From the NCBI RefSeq assembly GCF_035084215.1, contig NC_090340.1:5890001-5954000 (forward strand): 64,000 nt of DNA, given 5' to 3'. The notes beneath the pieces are model-generated. The model searched no databases and had not been told where the DNA came from. It worked only from the letters and a program-made list of their open reading frames with translations. Shown in pieces: positions 1 to 12,765 of the stretch. How positions within the stretch are numbered: the stretch's first letter is position 1; the number at the start of each line of letters is the position of its first letter. The stretch comes from Heptranchias perlo. Lineage: Eukaryota. A program made the position numbers and the translations under genes.

Positions 1-2218
1 TATAGGACGAATGAGGAGGGGCAATATGAATTAAATGGTACAATTTTAAAGGGAGTGCAGGAAAAGAGAGACCTGGGGGTGTATGCACACATATCTTTCA
101 AGGTGGTACGATAAGTTCAGAATGCTGTTAAAAACGCATATGGAAGCCTGGGCTTCATTAGTAGAGGCATGGAGTAATAAAAGCAAGGAAGTTATGCTAA
201 ACCTTTATAAAACACAGGTCAGGCCTCAGCTGGTGTATTGCTTTCAATTCTGGGCAACCACACTTTAGGAAGGATCTCAAGGCCTTAGAGGCGATGCAGA
301 ACAGATTTCATAAAATGGCACCAGGATTTTTTTTTATTCGTTCATGCGATGTGGGCGTCGCTGGCAAGGCCAACATTTATTGCCCATCCCTAATTGCCCT
401 TAAGAAGGTGTTGGTGAGCCGCCATCTTGAACCACTGCAGTCCGTGTGGTGAAGGTTCTCCCACAGTGCTTTTAAGAAGGGAGTTCCAGGATTTTGACCC
501 AGCGACGATGAAGCAACGGCGATATATTACCAAGTCGGCTTGGAGGGGAACTGGTAGGTGGTGTTGTTCCCATGTGCCTGCTGACATTGTCCTTCTAGGT
601 GGCAGAGGTCACGGGTTTGGGAGGTGCTGTTGAAGAAGCCTTTGGCGAGTTGCTGCAGTGAATCCTATGGATGGTACACACTGCAGTCACAGTGCGCCGG
701 TGGTGAAGGGAGTGAATGTTTAGCGTGCCAATCAAGCGGGCTGCTTTGTCCTGGATGGTGTCGAGCTTCTTGAGTTGTCGGAGCTACACTCATCCAGGCA
801 AGTGGAGAGTATTCCATCACACTCCTGATTTGTGCCTTGTAGGTGGTGGAAAGGCTTTGGAGAGTCAGGAGGTGAGTCACTCGCCACAGAATACCCAGCC
901 TCTGACCTGCCCTTGTAGCCACAGTATTTATATGGCTGGTCCAGTTAAGTTTCTGGTCAATGGTGACCCCCAGGATATCGATGGTGGGGGATTCGGCGAT
1001 GGTAATGCCATTGAATGTCACGGGGAGGTGGTTAGACTCTCTTTTGTTGGAGATGGTCATTGCCTGACACTTTTCTGGCGCGAATGTTACTTGCCACTTA
1101 CCTGGATGTTGTCTAGGTCTTGCTGCATGTGGGCACGTACTGCTTCATTCCCTGAGTGGTTGCGAATGGAACTGAGCACTGTGCAATCATCAGTAAACAT
1201 CCCCATTTCTGACCTTATGATGGAGGGAAGGTCATTGATGACGCAGCTGATGATGGTTGGGCCTAGGACACCGCCCTGAGGAACTCCTGCAGCAATGTCC
1301 TGGGGCTGAGATGATTGGCCTCCAACAACCACTACCATCTTCCTTTTGCGAGGTATGACTCCAGCCACTGGAGAGTTTTCCCCCTGATTCCCATTTAATT
1401 AATTTTACTCGGGCTCCTTGGTGCTACACTCAGTCAAATGCTGCCTTGATGTCAAGGACAGTCTCTCACCTCACCTCTGGAATTCAGCTCTTTTGTCCAT
1501 GTTTGGACCAAGGCTGTAATGAGGTCTGGAGCTGAATGGTCCTGGTGGAACGCAAACTGGGCATCGGTGAGCAGTTTATTGGTGAGTAAGTATCGCTTGA
1601 TAACACTGTCGATGACATCTCCCATCACTTTGCTGAAGATTGAGAGTAGACTGATTGGCGGTAATTGGCCGGATTGGATTTGCCCTGCGTTTTGTGGACA
1701 GGACATACCTGCGCAGTTTTCCACATTGTCGGATAGGTGTCAGTTTTGTAGCTGTACTGGAACGCAGGACTTGAGTTATGTGGAGAGACTGGAGAAGCTG
1801 GAGTTGTTCTCGTTGGAGCAGAGAAGGTTCAGAGTGTATTTGACAGATGTGTTCAAAATCATGAATGGTTTTGACAAATTAAATAAGGAAAAACTGTTTC
1901 CAGTGGTAGCTGTATCGGTAACAAGAGTAAACATATTTACGATGATTGGCAAAAGAGCCAGAGGCGACATGAGGAAGTATTTTTTTATGCTACGAGTTGC
2001 ATGGAATGTATTGCATTAAAAGGTGATGGAAGCAGATTCAATGATAACTTTCGAAAGGAAATTGGATAAATACTTGAAGGGAAAAAAGTTGCAAGGCTAC
2101 GGAGAAAGAACAGCAGGGTGGGACTAATTGGATAGCTTTTTCAAAGAGCCGGCACAGGCACGATGGGCCGAATAGCCTCTTGCCGTGCTGTACCTACTAT
2201 GATACTATGACACTATGT
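1..2218 (+). mobile_element. CR1 LINE 3' part, interrupted by a nested LINE
   Basis: RT C-terminal motifs (YKTQVRPQLVYCFQFW; LEKLELFSLEQRR) and a ctatgata-type tail. The uninterrupted paralog is at 25313-26490. Confidence 0.85.
327..1764 (-). mobile_element. Non-LTR LINE family B (CR1/L2 group), 5'-truncated, unit-1 specific
   Basis: GVPQG.VLGP, FTDD, QQDLDNIQ motifs; poly-A tail at 327; absent at the paralogous site ~26050. Confidence 0.85.
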
Positions 2219-2499
2219 ATTCGTCTCAAACATCAGTTCCTTTACCTGTCGAGCACATCATCGAGGAACAGTCGGATAGCAACTTTCAGAAGTTATATTT
2301 AAAGAGATCTTCAGCTCTATTAAGGTGAATCTCTGGTTCGCTGGTTTAGGCTGCGCAGATGTTGTTAGTTTGAGCTGTTTTTCGATACTGTTTCGCTGTT
2401 AAATCCTATGGAAGAGCGAATTTGCAGAAGGCTACAACCGTTTCACTGATCTTTCTTGTTCCCAATTGATGAACATGTGAATGCTGCTGGGCGGACCAT

Positions 2500-2690
2500 T
2501 GAGCCTCGCAAATGAGGAAGAGGAGGAGCAGCAAGGAACGCAGCAAAGACCTGCACAGGCTGCTAGAAGAGGGGAAAGGAGGAAAGGTCTTACAGCATGC
2601 GGGTCGTCAGGACGTCATAGACAGCACGTACACAGCCCTGCATACTCCCCATCATGAAGCAGCTCTGTTTATGAACAGGAAGTACAGTAA
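2500..2690 (+). pseudogene. PIF/Harbinger transposase remnant, internally deleted
   Basis: VIDSTYTALHTPHHEAALFMNRK; paralog of 28050-28600. Confidence 0.6.
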
Positions 2691-3429
2691 GACCCGCGAT
2701 GAGTCTCAGACATGCTCAGTCCCATTGATAATGCCATTATATGGCGTGGTTAATGTGGCTCAGAAGAATGAGAACATACACTGCAGCACTACTGATTTGA
2801 ACTTTTTAATCGAAACACTGACACATGCTCCATATAGAAACCAATATTTTACTTACAAATTAATGAAACAATCAAGATATTTCTAAACACACGGATACCT
2901 ATCAGAGATATTGAAATTAAAATAAAGAGGGATATAGAACTTGGAATTCCAAAATTCAGGGTTGGGTTCCCTTCAGCTAAGACTGAATTTGGTACAATTG
3001 AGGGCCAGGGAGCAACGGATAACGGCAAAAGGAGAGCTGCAAGACTTAATTTTTAAATCCAACGGACGGTTTCTTGATAATATGGAATATTTGGGGGGGC
3101 CTTAGTATTCACTGTGGCGTTCAATATATTCTTTGTCTGTATCATGATGTGTCATTTTAACCGAATGAAAGTTAGACCAGCAGAACAACTGGCTCTAGAT
3201 AGCTCTGTGATGCCAACAAGGTGAGGTGTGGACCTTAGACATGACCCCAAGACCCAACAAAGAAGAGGGGGCTGTTAGAGACTAAGATTGAGAAGTAGTA
3301 AGGGAAACCATTTTCTTGGATTATTTCTGTCGATTAAAAACATCATATTAAAAGACTGACAGTCTATCTGTACCAAAGTTCGTGTGTAGCCTGTTGATAG
3401 GCCAAGTTTGTAAAAGTTTACCTTTAGAT

Positions 3430-4160
3430 ATGAAACATTGTAAAGCTGACATTGAAAAGGGTATGTCCACCTTGTGGAGGAGCAGAGAGATTTAAGGGTC
3501 CAAGTACAGAAAGCACTAAAAGCTAGTGGACGGATAAAAAAATAATATAAAAGGGTCAATAAAGCTGGAATGCAAACGGGTGGAAGTTATGCTATAGTTA
3601 TACAAAGTTATATATAACGCTCAGGTTCGACCCCATTTAGCGTTTTGGGGCAGCTTCTCAGGAAGAATAGATCAGCCTTGGATGGGTGCAGCGATGATTC
3701 ATCACAATAATGCCAGGCTAAAAGGGTAACATTCTGAGGACAGATTGCATAGACCAAGCGAGTATTCCCTTGAGCATAGAAGATTGAGGAGTGATCTAAT
3801 TGTGGGCTTTGAGATGATTAAAGGAATTGATAGGGTCGATAGAGGCAAACTATTTCCTCTGGTGGAGGAGTCCAGAACAAGGGGCATAATCTTAAAATTG
3901 GAGTTCGTACGTTCAGGGGTGATGCATTTCTTCACACAAAGGGTAGTGGAAATCTGTAACTCTCTCGCCAAAAAGTTGCTGAGGTTAGCTCAATTGAAAA
4001 TTTAAAAACTGAGAATGATAGATTTTTGTTAAGCAAGGGTATTAAGGGTTACAGAATAAAGGTCGGTAGAAGGAGTTAAGGCAGCGATCAGCCATGATTT
4101 AATTAAATGGCGAAATAGGATCGAGGGGCTGAATGGCCTACTCCTTCTCCAAAATCCTAA
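3430..4160 (+). mobile_element. CR1 LINE 3' fragment
   Basis: YSLEHRRLRSDLI...FFTQRVV motifs. Confidence 0.75.
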
Positions 4161-4423
4161 GTCGTCCCAAAGTGCCACCTGGTGATGAGAGCCTGCAACT
4201 ACATATTGACCGTTGGCATAACAAAGCCTGCAATGGTAAATGTTGAGAAGAAAGCGTGATCGGAAACTTTCACAACAGGAGCTAAGGTTTGCGGGCAGGA
4301 ATACGGCTCCGTATGGATGATTCTTCTAAATATATTTGGATATTTAGAAAATAACTATGGTTGAACATGCAATTATAAAACGCGTTAGCCTAAGGCTGGC
4401 GTAAGTGGATTGCTCGAGAGCAT

Positions 4424-5404
4424 CCAGTGTCCTAGGCCCAACCATCTTCAGCTGCTTCATCAATGACCTTCCCTCCATCATAAGGTCAGAAATGGGGATG
4501 TTCGCTGATGACTGCACAGTGTTCAGTTCCATTCGCAACCCCTCAGATAATGAAGCAGTCCGAGCCCGCATGCAGCAAGACCTGGACAACATCCAGGCTT
4601 GGGCTCATAAGTGGCAAGTAACATTCGCGCCAGATAAGTGCCAGGCAATGACCATCTCCAACAAGAGAGAGTCTAACCACCTCCCCTTGACATTCAACGG
4701 CATTACCATCGCCGAATCCCCCACCATCAACATCCTGGGGGTCACCATTGACCAGAAACTGAACTGGACCAGCCATATAAATACTGTGGCTACGACAGCA
4801 GGTCAGAAGCTGGGTATTCTGCGGCGAGTGACTCACCTCCTGACTCCCCAAAGCCTTTCCACCATCTACAAGGCACAAGTCAGGAGTGTGATGGAATACT
4901 CTCCGCTTGCCTGGATGAGTGCAGCTCCAACAACACTCAAGAAGCTCGACACCATCCAAGATAAAGCAGCCCGCTTGATTGGCACCCCATCCACCACCCT
5001 AAACATTCACTCCTTTCACCACCGGCGCACTGTGACTGCAGTGTGCACCATCCACAGGATGCACTGCAGCAACTCGCCAAGGCTTCTTCGACAGCACCTC
5101 CCAAACCCGTGACCTCTACCACCTAGAAGGACAAGAGCAGCAGGCCAATGGGAACAACACCACCTGCACGTTCCCCTCCAAGTCACACACCATCCCGACT
5201 TGGAAATATATCGCCGTTCCTTCATTGTCGCTGGGTCAAAATCCTGGAACTCCCTCCCTAACAGCACTGTGGGAGAACCGTCACCACACGGACTGCAGCG
5301 GTTCAAGAAGGCGGCTCACCACCACCTTCTCGAGGGCAATTAGGGATGGGCAATAAATGCCGGCCTCGCCAGCGACGCCCACATCCCATGAACGAATAAA
5401 AAAA
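4424..5404 (+). mobile_element. LINE family B, 5'-truncated, young
   Basis: 235-aa RT ORF (FADD) ending in the family tail ...cccacatcccatgaacgaataaaaaaa. Confidence 0.9.
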
Positions 5405-5639
5405 TTTTAAAAATGCTGTCTTTTCACATCTAAAGAACAGGCAAAAAGCCTAGTTAAATTGGATATAAAACCAATAATCCATATCTCCCTTATCGATTGG
5501 AACAGCTTGAGAAGGTAACAGAAAGATATTTGATAAAGTGCTACAATTGAGAAGTTAGAGAAGGTTAAAAAGTCGTGGGATTCGTGGCAAGTTAGCTACC
5601 TGGATTGGGAAACTACATGGAGAAGCAGAAGATCATAAC

Positions 5640-6000
5640 AAAACAAGTTGCATTCATATAGCGCCTATAGCGTTGCAGAACGTCCCAGGGCGCTTCACAG
5701 TTGCGTTATCACATAACACTTGACAGCGAGCCACGTAAGGAGATATTAGGACAGATGACCAAAAGTTGGGTAAAGGTATGGGTTTTAAGGAGTGTCTTAA
5801 AGGAAAGGAGGAGAGACAGGCGGAAAGGTTTAGGGAGAGATTTTCATAGCTTAAATCCCAGGCAGCTGAGGGCACGGCCGCCAATTGTGGACTGATGAAA
5901 ATCCAGGCTGCGCAAGAGGCCATAATTAGTGCAGCGCAGAGATCTCGGAGGGTTGACGGGCTGGTCGAGGTTACCGAGATAGGGAGAGGGATGCCGTGAA
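5640..6000 (-). mobile_element. L2 LINE 3' end
   Basis: Minus strand IGGRALSCLG.KL motif and ggcgctatatgaatgcaacttg-type 3' tail. Confidence 0.7.
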
Positions 6001-8448
6001 AAGAAACATCTGAGGGGAAGCGACAGCAAAGTGCACAGGCCGTACTCTGTGCCATCTAGTGTTTAAACTATGCATAAACCATTTGGACAAGAGTTCTATA
6101 TAGCATATGGCAATATTAAGCGATCATGCCATCTTATGTGTAAGTTGGTAAATGTAAAGGACGTAAATATCGTTCAGTGAGATTTTCTTCAACCAGGCCA
6201 GTTATGTAGATAATTTAAGGAACAGCAGTTGGGCTTTCATTTATAAATAAAAGTAACTTGAGCACATAAAATTAGATAATATAGATGATGAAAGGGTCTC
6301 TATTGCTGAAGGTTACTTGAGTGCGAAGCCTGAAAATTCCCTGGAATTTTTTTTGTGAAATTATTAACAACGAAGAAACGTAAAATGCATCTGGATGACT
6401 GTTTAATTGTAAGTGGAAACAACTTAATCTAAATTTCCAAAGATAGCTAGTGTGATTATTAAGTTATATTTTGCGTCTATCACCAAAAAGTTATTATATT
6501 TCCAGCTTGAGGAAACGTAAAATTGCGAAAACAGAAAACCACCGGACAAGATGGAGGTTGAAAATCTCCACAAGGTCCGGATCTGAACAGCAGCATCACT
6601 GCAGAGCAGGAATGGGAGCGAAAACTGCCATTGCTCTGCTGTCGTGTTCTCACCGACCAGCAGCAGCGTTATTGATGAGTCTGAACTGCTCACCACGAGC
6701 AGACAGCATCTGAGAATAATAAGGAAATAGGTCAGCAGGTGATAGAGATAAGAATTGGAAGGCGGCAGATATGAACAATCAGAGAACACACGCTGGATAA
6801 CAAATGACCGGAGCGAGGTAGAAGAATATGATTCGACGGAGGAGCTGGTGATGTCCCAAAACACGGAGAGCTATGCTCAAGCAGGTTGTTAAATTATAGC
6901 ATCCCCAAAGAGCTGCAATTATTGCGATTGATAAGGAGGGCTATGCACATCTTGGAGACCAATCCCACAATTGCTGCTGCTAGCCTATGGTTCGAACTGC
7001 TAGTGTGTTATCTCTAAACTGTAGTCCCCATAGAACAAATGTCACTTAGTTTGATGGTCCCTTGCACGAAAACTGTTTTCAGCTCGGCACATATACTTTC
7101 GGGTCTTTCTCCACTAATAGCAATTGAGTGGCTCACTCACAACCCCCAATAAACCTTGCCGCCACAGGACAAAAGGCAACTAAAGGAAAACGTTCGATCA
7201 GCTTAAAGCGGCGTTTCAATAACCAGGGCAGGAAAACTACAAAACGGATCAGACAAATCAATTGGAAACATGTAAAATGGACAGTCGGATGTCCACTGTC
7301 TGCAGGAGTTCGTAAGACAGCGTATCGGCACAGTGTCCTTTCACCTTTGGGAACTTAGTTCAGATTCAGCCCCTCGTGTTGATGTGATGCCCTTTTCTGC
7401 TGACTGTAAAAAATTTAATCGCGATGAATTTTAGCATTCATATCCAGTAATCAGTGGTTGTGAGTCCCTGATTCAGTTGGGAGGAGGTGAACTTCTCACA
7501 ACACGGCCCAGGCAGGGGAGGGTCTGGGGCTAAAAGGGAAGAAAATGTGGGAAAAGGAGGGCGAGGGCTCTCAATTGATGAATCGTTGCGTGACAAATGA
7601 GACAAAAATAAACGTTAAAAGGTAAGAAGAGAACAAAAAAGAACGAGAGCGGATTCTACTTATTGGAAGGGTAACAGGACGCATCAGTCAGGACCTCCTG
7701 GGGGACGTGAACCCACGGGTCATTAATGATTGGGGGCCGGTAACTGGAGTGTGTGGAGTGCAGATTTCAGTCTAAAGGGCGGCCTGACTTCTGAGTCTCG
7801 GTGGTTTCCTTCTTCAGTGCCAGCGATTATCCGAAATAAGAAATGAATGTCTTAGCTAAAAAGGGTACTGATTTGAAACGGTCCACAATGTGGGTAGGTC
7901 CCATCAGATTCAGCATTAACCCCACCAGGAAATGGCGCAGCCTGATGGTTTGGAATCGGTCCGTAGACTCTGCTGGGAAGCAAAAGAAGGGCAATTTAAA
8001 TGAGTTTAGTGAGAAACGGCAGAGTGAGAGAGAGAGAGAGAGCTAACTGAAGGCAGTGAGTACCTTGGGTACAAGGATTAAACGTTTCAGGGTTTATTTC
8101 AGCGGAGCTGTATTTACGTCAACCACAGCGAGTATAGATCACAGACAAATACCGAACGCTGAAACACATGTACAGATGAACAGCTTATTATCCGCAGCCC
8201 CGTGATCTCTCGCGTCTTCTCAAAGAACAACCCCCCAACTCCGCCCCACCAGCCCCACTGCAGATTGCACACTCTGTTTGGCAATGAGCTGTCAACTACT
8301 CTTCGCCACATCAAACCACTGACATCACTTCCCGTCTTCCTGCTTTATATTCAGTCTGAATTGTTCCAGTTTATTAAAGGTTAACGATTTTACTGTGTCC
8401 TGACTGTGGGGACTGACTACCTCCTCACCTGCGCACATTGTCTGACGG

Positions 8449-8560
8449 TGTAAAATGGTTGACAGCGAATTGGCCGCCCGTTTTACATTGACTTCAATGG
8501 AAATAAAAAATGGAGAGAGATGTAAAACGTGCTGCCGATTCGATATCAGCCGTTTTAGAC
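8449..8560. repeat. Imperfect palindromic MITE-like element (related copies ~35955-36070 and 36227-36338)
   Basis: tgtaaaatggttgacagcgaattggccgcccgttttaca is inverted against tgtaaaacgtgctgccgattcgatatcagccgttttaga. Confidence 0.5.
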
Positions 8561-8859
8561 AGTCACTCAAATTTAAAATTAAAATTATTACTAATCCATT
8601 TTCAACGGTGTTACACAATGGACATTAAAATCGAGCAGGTTCCTGAAGGGTTGGGCGGCCACACCGCCACTTTACCGTCCATGGGAGGAAGTTGAAAATC
8701 TACCACTGGCAGTGAAAACCAAATGGAGTCTTCATGTGGTGAAGTAATAGGGCGAGCCGATGGTGGACGGTGATGGTGGCAATAAAAGGGCCAGAGAGAG
8801 AGGCAGAACATGGACTACAGTAGGATTAAAGATCCGTTGTAACGTAAAGGAAGCGTTGG

Positions 8860-9180
8860 ATGCGAGACGGGGAGGGAAGGTAGGGACGGGTTTCATGCTG
8901 TGGGAGAAGCAGGAAGAGGAAGAGGGGACATGAGGAAGGGTGGAAAGACCTGAGGGGGAAGAGCAGGTAGGAAGAAAAGGAACGGAGGATAATAAGTAAA
9001 GGGAGAGGGGAGGAGTGAAGGCGTACAAGAACGGGAAGGAACGCGTGAGGAGGGGGAGGCGAAAACTGACAGGAGCAGGAGGGGAAGGGGAGCAGATTGA
9101 AGAGGAGAGGTTGAAGGAGGTATGGACTGGAGGATGAAAGGAAGGTGGAGTGGACAGAAAGGGACGCGAGGGCAATGAGT
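8860..9180 (+). repeat. GA-rich polypurine tract (paralog ~36680-36990)
   Basis: Low-complexity G/A sequence. Confidence 0.7.
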
Positions 9181-9920
9181 AGCCCAAACAGCAGAGAGCC
9201 ATCTTGGGGCCACGAGTGCCAGGGGGCACAGAACAAGACAGAAATGGGACGGCGGGACAGCGAAATAACTGCAGGGAATTAGCAGTGGCGACATGACAGA
9301 GACACTTGCGTGGACAGCGAGCGGAATGCATCTTGGGGAGGCAGACAATGATTGTGAGTTGGGGGGGGAGGGTGGGGGGTGGGTAGGGAGAGTAGACGGA
9401 AAAGAGAAGATAATATCTGTTGTCACAGCAGTTTTTCTGTGCTCTTTGTTTTTGTATTTTTTTTGCAGTTTAAGGGAAACAGACTGCATCTGGGATTGGG
9501 GCTGCTTAATTGCATCGGGCAGCAGAGGGTCTTGATCTCAGAGGCTGATGGACCCGCGAATCAGTGTCAGTCAAGACAAACACTTAAGGGAAGTGGAGAA
9601 AGGGGACTGGATTGAGGCCGATTGGAGCTGTAAGGGGACAGGTCGACCAGTGGGAATGGGCTACGGGCTACAGGCCCATGGCAGTGGGGAGCTGTGCTTG
9701 CCCAGCATTGTGAGTTGTCAGAGATATGGTCAGGTACTTCTACGAGGAGTGAACTTAAATGAACATTGTTATATGGACTCTGTGCCCTGGCTCAAGTATT
9801 GGCAAAGTGAAGCAGCAGAGGGATTGTGAGCGGCTGGAAGTTGGGCCCACCAAGAAAGAGTGCAAATAGCTTAGAGTAAAAAGATTAAGGTGATGATTAT
9901 GAGTTGGTTACGTATATACA

Positions 9921-10450
9921 GTCAATCACACATACATAGTACATATATGCACACGTATACATACAGAACTGAAGACGTCACCTGACAAATCAACCAAACA
10001 GAGCAGCGAAAAATAGACACACATGTACACACACCATATATACGCACACACATAATACAAACACAGACATATACATAACACAAACAAACATAACACACAC
10101 AAAACACACGCAGACACACATAATACAGGCACACATTGAGACACACATAACAGACACACACATCCACGAATGATATATAAACATGCGCACACGTACATAC
10201 ACATAACACGCACACACACTCAAATAAAATATACACATACATATACATACTTATAAAACTGAAGACTTCACGTGGAAAATCACCCTATCATTAGCTCCTG
10301 TAGCACAGCAGGGCAAGTAAACATACACTCACATAGCCACACACATACACCACGTAAGCACTTATAACACACACTGTACATAAGTATATACACATGCACA
10401 CATATAAAACATATACACGCATAACATCCACACACAAACACACATAACAA
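9921..10450. repeat. Degenerate (CA/TA)n microsatellite array
   Basis: Seen directly in the sequence. Confidence 0.9.
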
Positions 10451-10674
10451 GTGACTGTTAATTCTGTCCCGGATCTTCATTTCCAAAAGTTTCCCCACCA
10501 CTAAAGTTAAACTGATTGGCCTATAGTTGCTGGGTTAATCCTTACACTCTATTTTGAACAAGGGTGTAACGTTTGCAATTATCCAGTCCTCCGGCACTAC
10601 CCCTGTATCTATGGATGTTTGGAAGATTATGGCCATATCTCCGCAATTTCCACCCTTGCTTCCCTCAGCAACCT

Positions 10675-10981
10675 GAATTTAAATTCAATTAATTAAATAA
10701 AAATCTGGAATTAAAATACTAGTATCAGTAATGATAGCCATGAAACTACCGGATTGTCGTAAAAACCCATTTGGTTCACTAATGTCCTTTAGGGAAGGAA
10801 ACCTGCCGTCCTTACCCGGTCTGGCCTATATGTGACTCCAGACCCACAGCAATGTGGTTGATTCTTAATTGCCCTCTGAAATGGCCTAGCAAGCCACTCA
10901 GTTGTAAAAATCTCGCTAGGGATGCGCAATAAATGCCGGCCTTGCCAGCGACGCCCACATCCCGTGAACGAATAAAATAAA
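10675..10981 (+). mobile_element. SINE-like element carrying the LINE family B 3' tail; unit-1 specific
   Basis: Non-coding core plus tagggatg.gcaataaatgccggccttgccagcgacgcccacatccc tail; aacct repeated on both flanks; empty site at ~43655. Confidence 0.7.
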
Positions 10982-12048
10982 AACCTAGGATGCATCCCAT
11001 ACGGACCATGTGGCTTTGCTACTTTAAGTACAGCTAGCCTTTCAATTACCTCTTCTTTATCAATTTTTAGCCTGTCCAGTTTCTCAAATATATCTTCCTT
11101 TACTGAGACTCTGGCAGCATCTTCTTCCATGATAAAGACAGATGCAAAGTACACATTTAGTACTTCGGCCGTGCCCTCTGCCTCCATGAGTAGATCTCCT
11201 TTATGATCCCTAATCATCCCCACCCCTCCTCTTACTACCCGGTTACTGCTTAATGCAAGTAGAAGACTTTTGGATTCACTTTTATGTTGGCCGCCAGCTT
11301 ATTCCCACAGTCTCTCTTTGCCCCTCTTATTTCCTTTTTTCACTTCCCTCTGAACTTTCTATATTCTGCCTGGTTCTCACTTGCCTTATGAACCTGACAT
11401 CTGTCACATGCCCCTTTTCTTTCCATTTCATCTCACTCTCTATCTCCTTTGTCATCCAGGGAGCTCTGGATTTAGTTGCCCTACCTTTCTGCCTCGTGGG
11501 AATGTATCTGGTCGGTACACGAACCATTTCATCTTTAAAGGCCGCCCACTGTTCAATTACAATTTTGCCTGCCAGTCTGTGATTCCAACTTACCGGAGCC
11601 ATATCTGTTCTCATCCCATTGAAATTGGCTCTTCTCTAATTGAGTATTTTTACTTTAGAGTGGTCCGTGTCCTTTTCTATAGCTATTCTAAACCCTATGA
11701 TATTATCGCTGCTCTCTAATTGTTCCTGCACTGACACTTGCTCCACTTGGCCTGCCTCATTCCCTAGAACCAAGTCCAGCAATGCCTCCTTCCTCGTTGG
11801 GCAGGAAACGTACTGGTCAAGAAAGTTATCCTGAACACATTTCAAAAATTCCTCCCCCTCGTACTATTATTATTATCCCAGTCTATATTAGAATAGTTGA
11901 TGTCCCCAGTTATCACGATCGGTTTTGCAACTGTTAGTAACTTCACTGCAAATGTGCTGCTCTATATCCTTCCCACTAGTTGGTGGCCTATAGAATAAAT
12001 GTAAGGAATCTTACAACACCAGGTTATAGTCCAACAAATTTATTTTAA

Positions 12049-12089
12049 AATCACAAGCTTTCGGAGATTATCTCCTTCGTCAGATGATT
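12049..12089 (-). ncRNA. Minimal type I hammerhead ribozyme motif (Penelope pLTR type)
   Basis: AAUCAU CUGACGA A GGAGA UAA UCUCC GAAA GCUU GUGAUU: stem I, catalytic core, stem II and a palindromic AGCU in place of stem III. Confidence 0.7.
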
Positions 12090-12724
12090 GAATGAAAAGG
12101 TTCTCAAATCGCATATCTTATACGATGTTGGGACAGCATCACACCAATCAAAAGGTGTCGTTGTTATTCAAACAGGCCAGTCACGGAGAACAGCACGTCC
12201 CAGTACACTCGATATACATTGTGTCTTTTACACAGGCAGGCAGAAAGAAACTTAAAATGGCAGAGAGAGAGAGAGAGAGAATTTTAAAAAACATATAAAT
12301 TTTTTCCCCCTTTTTGCTGGTGGGGTTACGTGTAGCGTGACATGAACCCAAGATCCCGGTTAAGGCCGTCCTCATGGGTGCGGAACTTGGCTATCAACTT
12401 CAGAAGGCCTTAGAAGTTGATAGCCAAGTTCCGCACCCATGAGGACGGCCTTAACCGGGATCTTGGGTTCATGTCACGCTACACGTAACCCCACCAGCAA
12501 AAAGGGGGAAAAAATTTATATGTTTTTTAAAATTCTCTCTCTCTCTCTCTCTGCCATTTTAAGTTTCTTTCTGCCTGCCTGTGTAAAAGACACAATGTAT
12601 ATCGAGTGTACTGGGACGTGCTGTTCTCCGTGACTGGCCTGTTTGAATAACAACGACACCTTTTGATTGGTGTGATGCTGTCCCAACATCGTATAAGATA
12701 TGCGATTTGAGAACCTTTTCATTC

Positions 12725-12765
12725 AATCATCTGACGAAGGCGATAATCTCCGAAAGCTTGTGATT
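12725..12765 (+). ncRNA. Minimal hammerhead ribozyme motif with a stem II mismatch
   Basis: Same motif, but GGCGA instead of GGAGA at 12741. Confidence 0.62.

Noticed and set aside
7128-7358. ORF shared with 32765-32998
   Set aside because: The similarity is explained by the recent duplication. It has no ATG start, splice context or domain.
8732-9489. Long Pro/Ser/Leu-rich minus-strand ORFs (also 36512-37221)
   Set aside because: Stop-poor polypyrimidine low-complexity sequence with no recognisable domain.
9922-10501. Cys/Val-rich ORFs (also 37738-39182)
   Set aside because: Translations of CA/TG microsatellite.
12092-12722. Pairs of identical ORFs on opposite strands
   Set aside because: A consequence of the palindrome; the sequence is Penelope 3' UTR.
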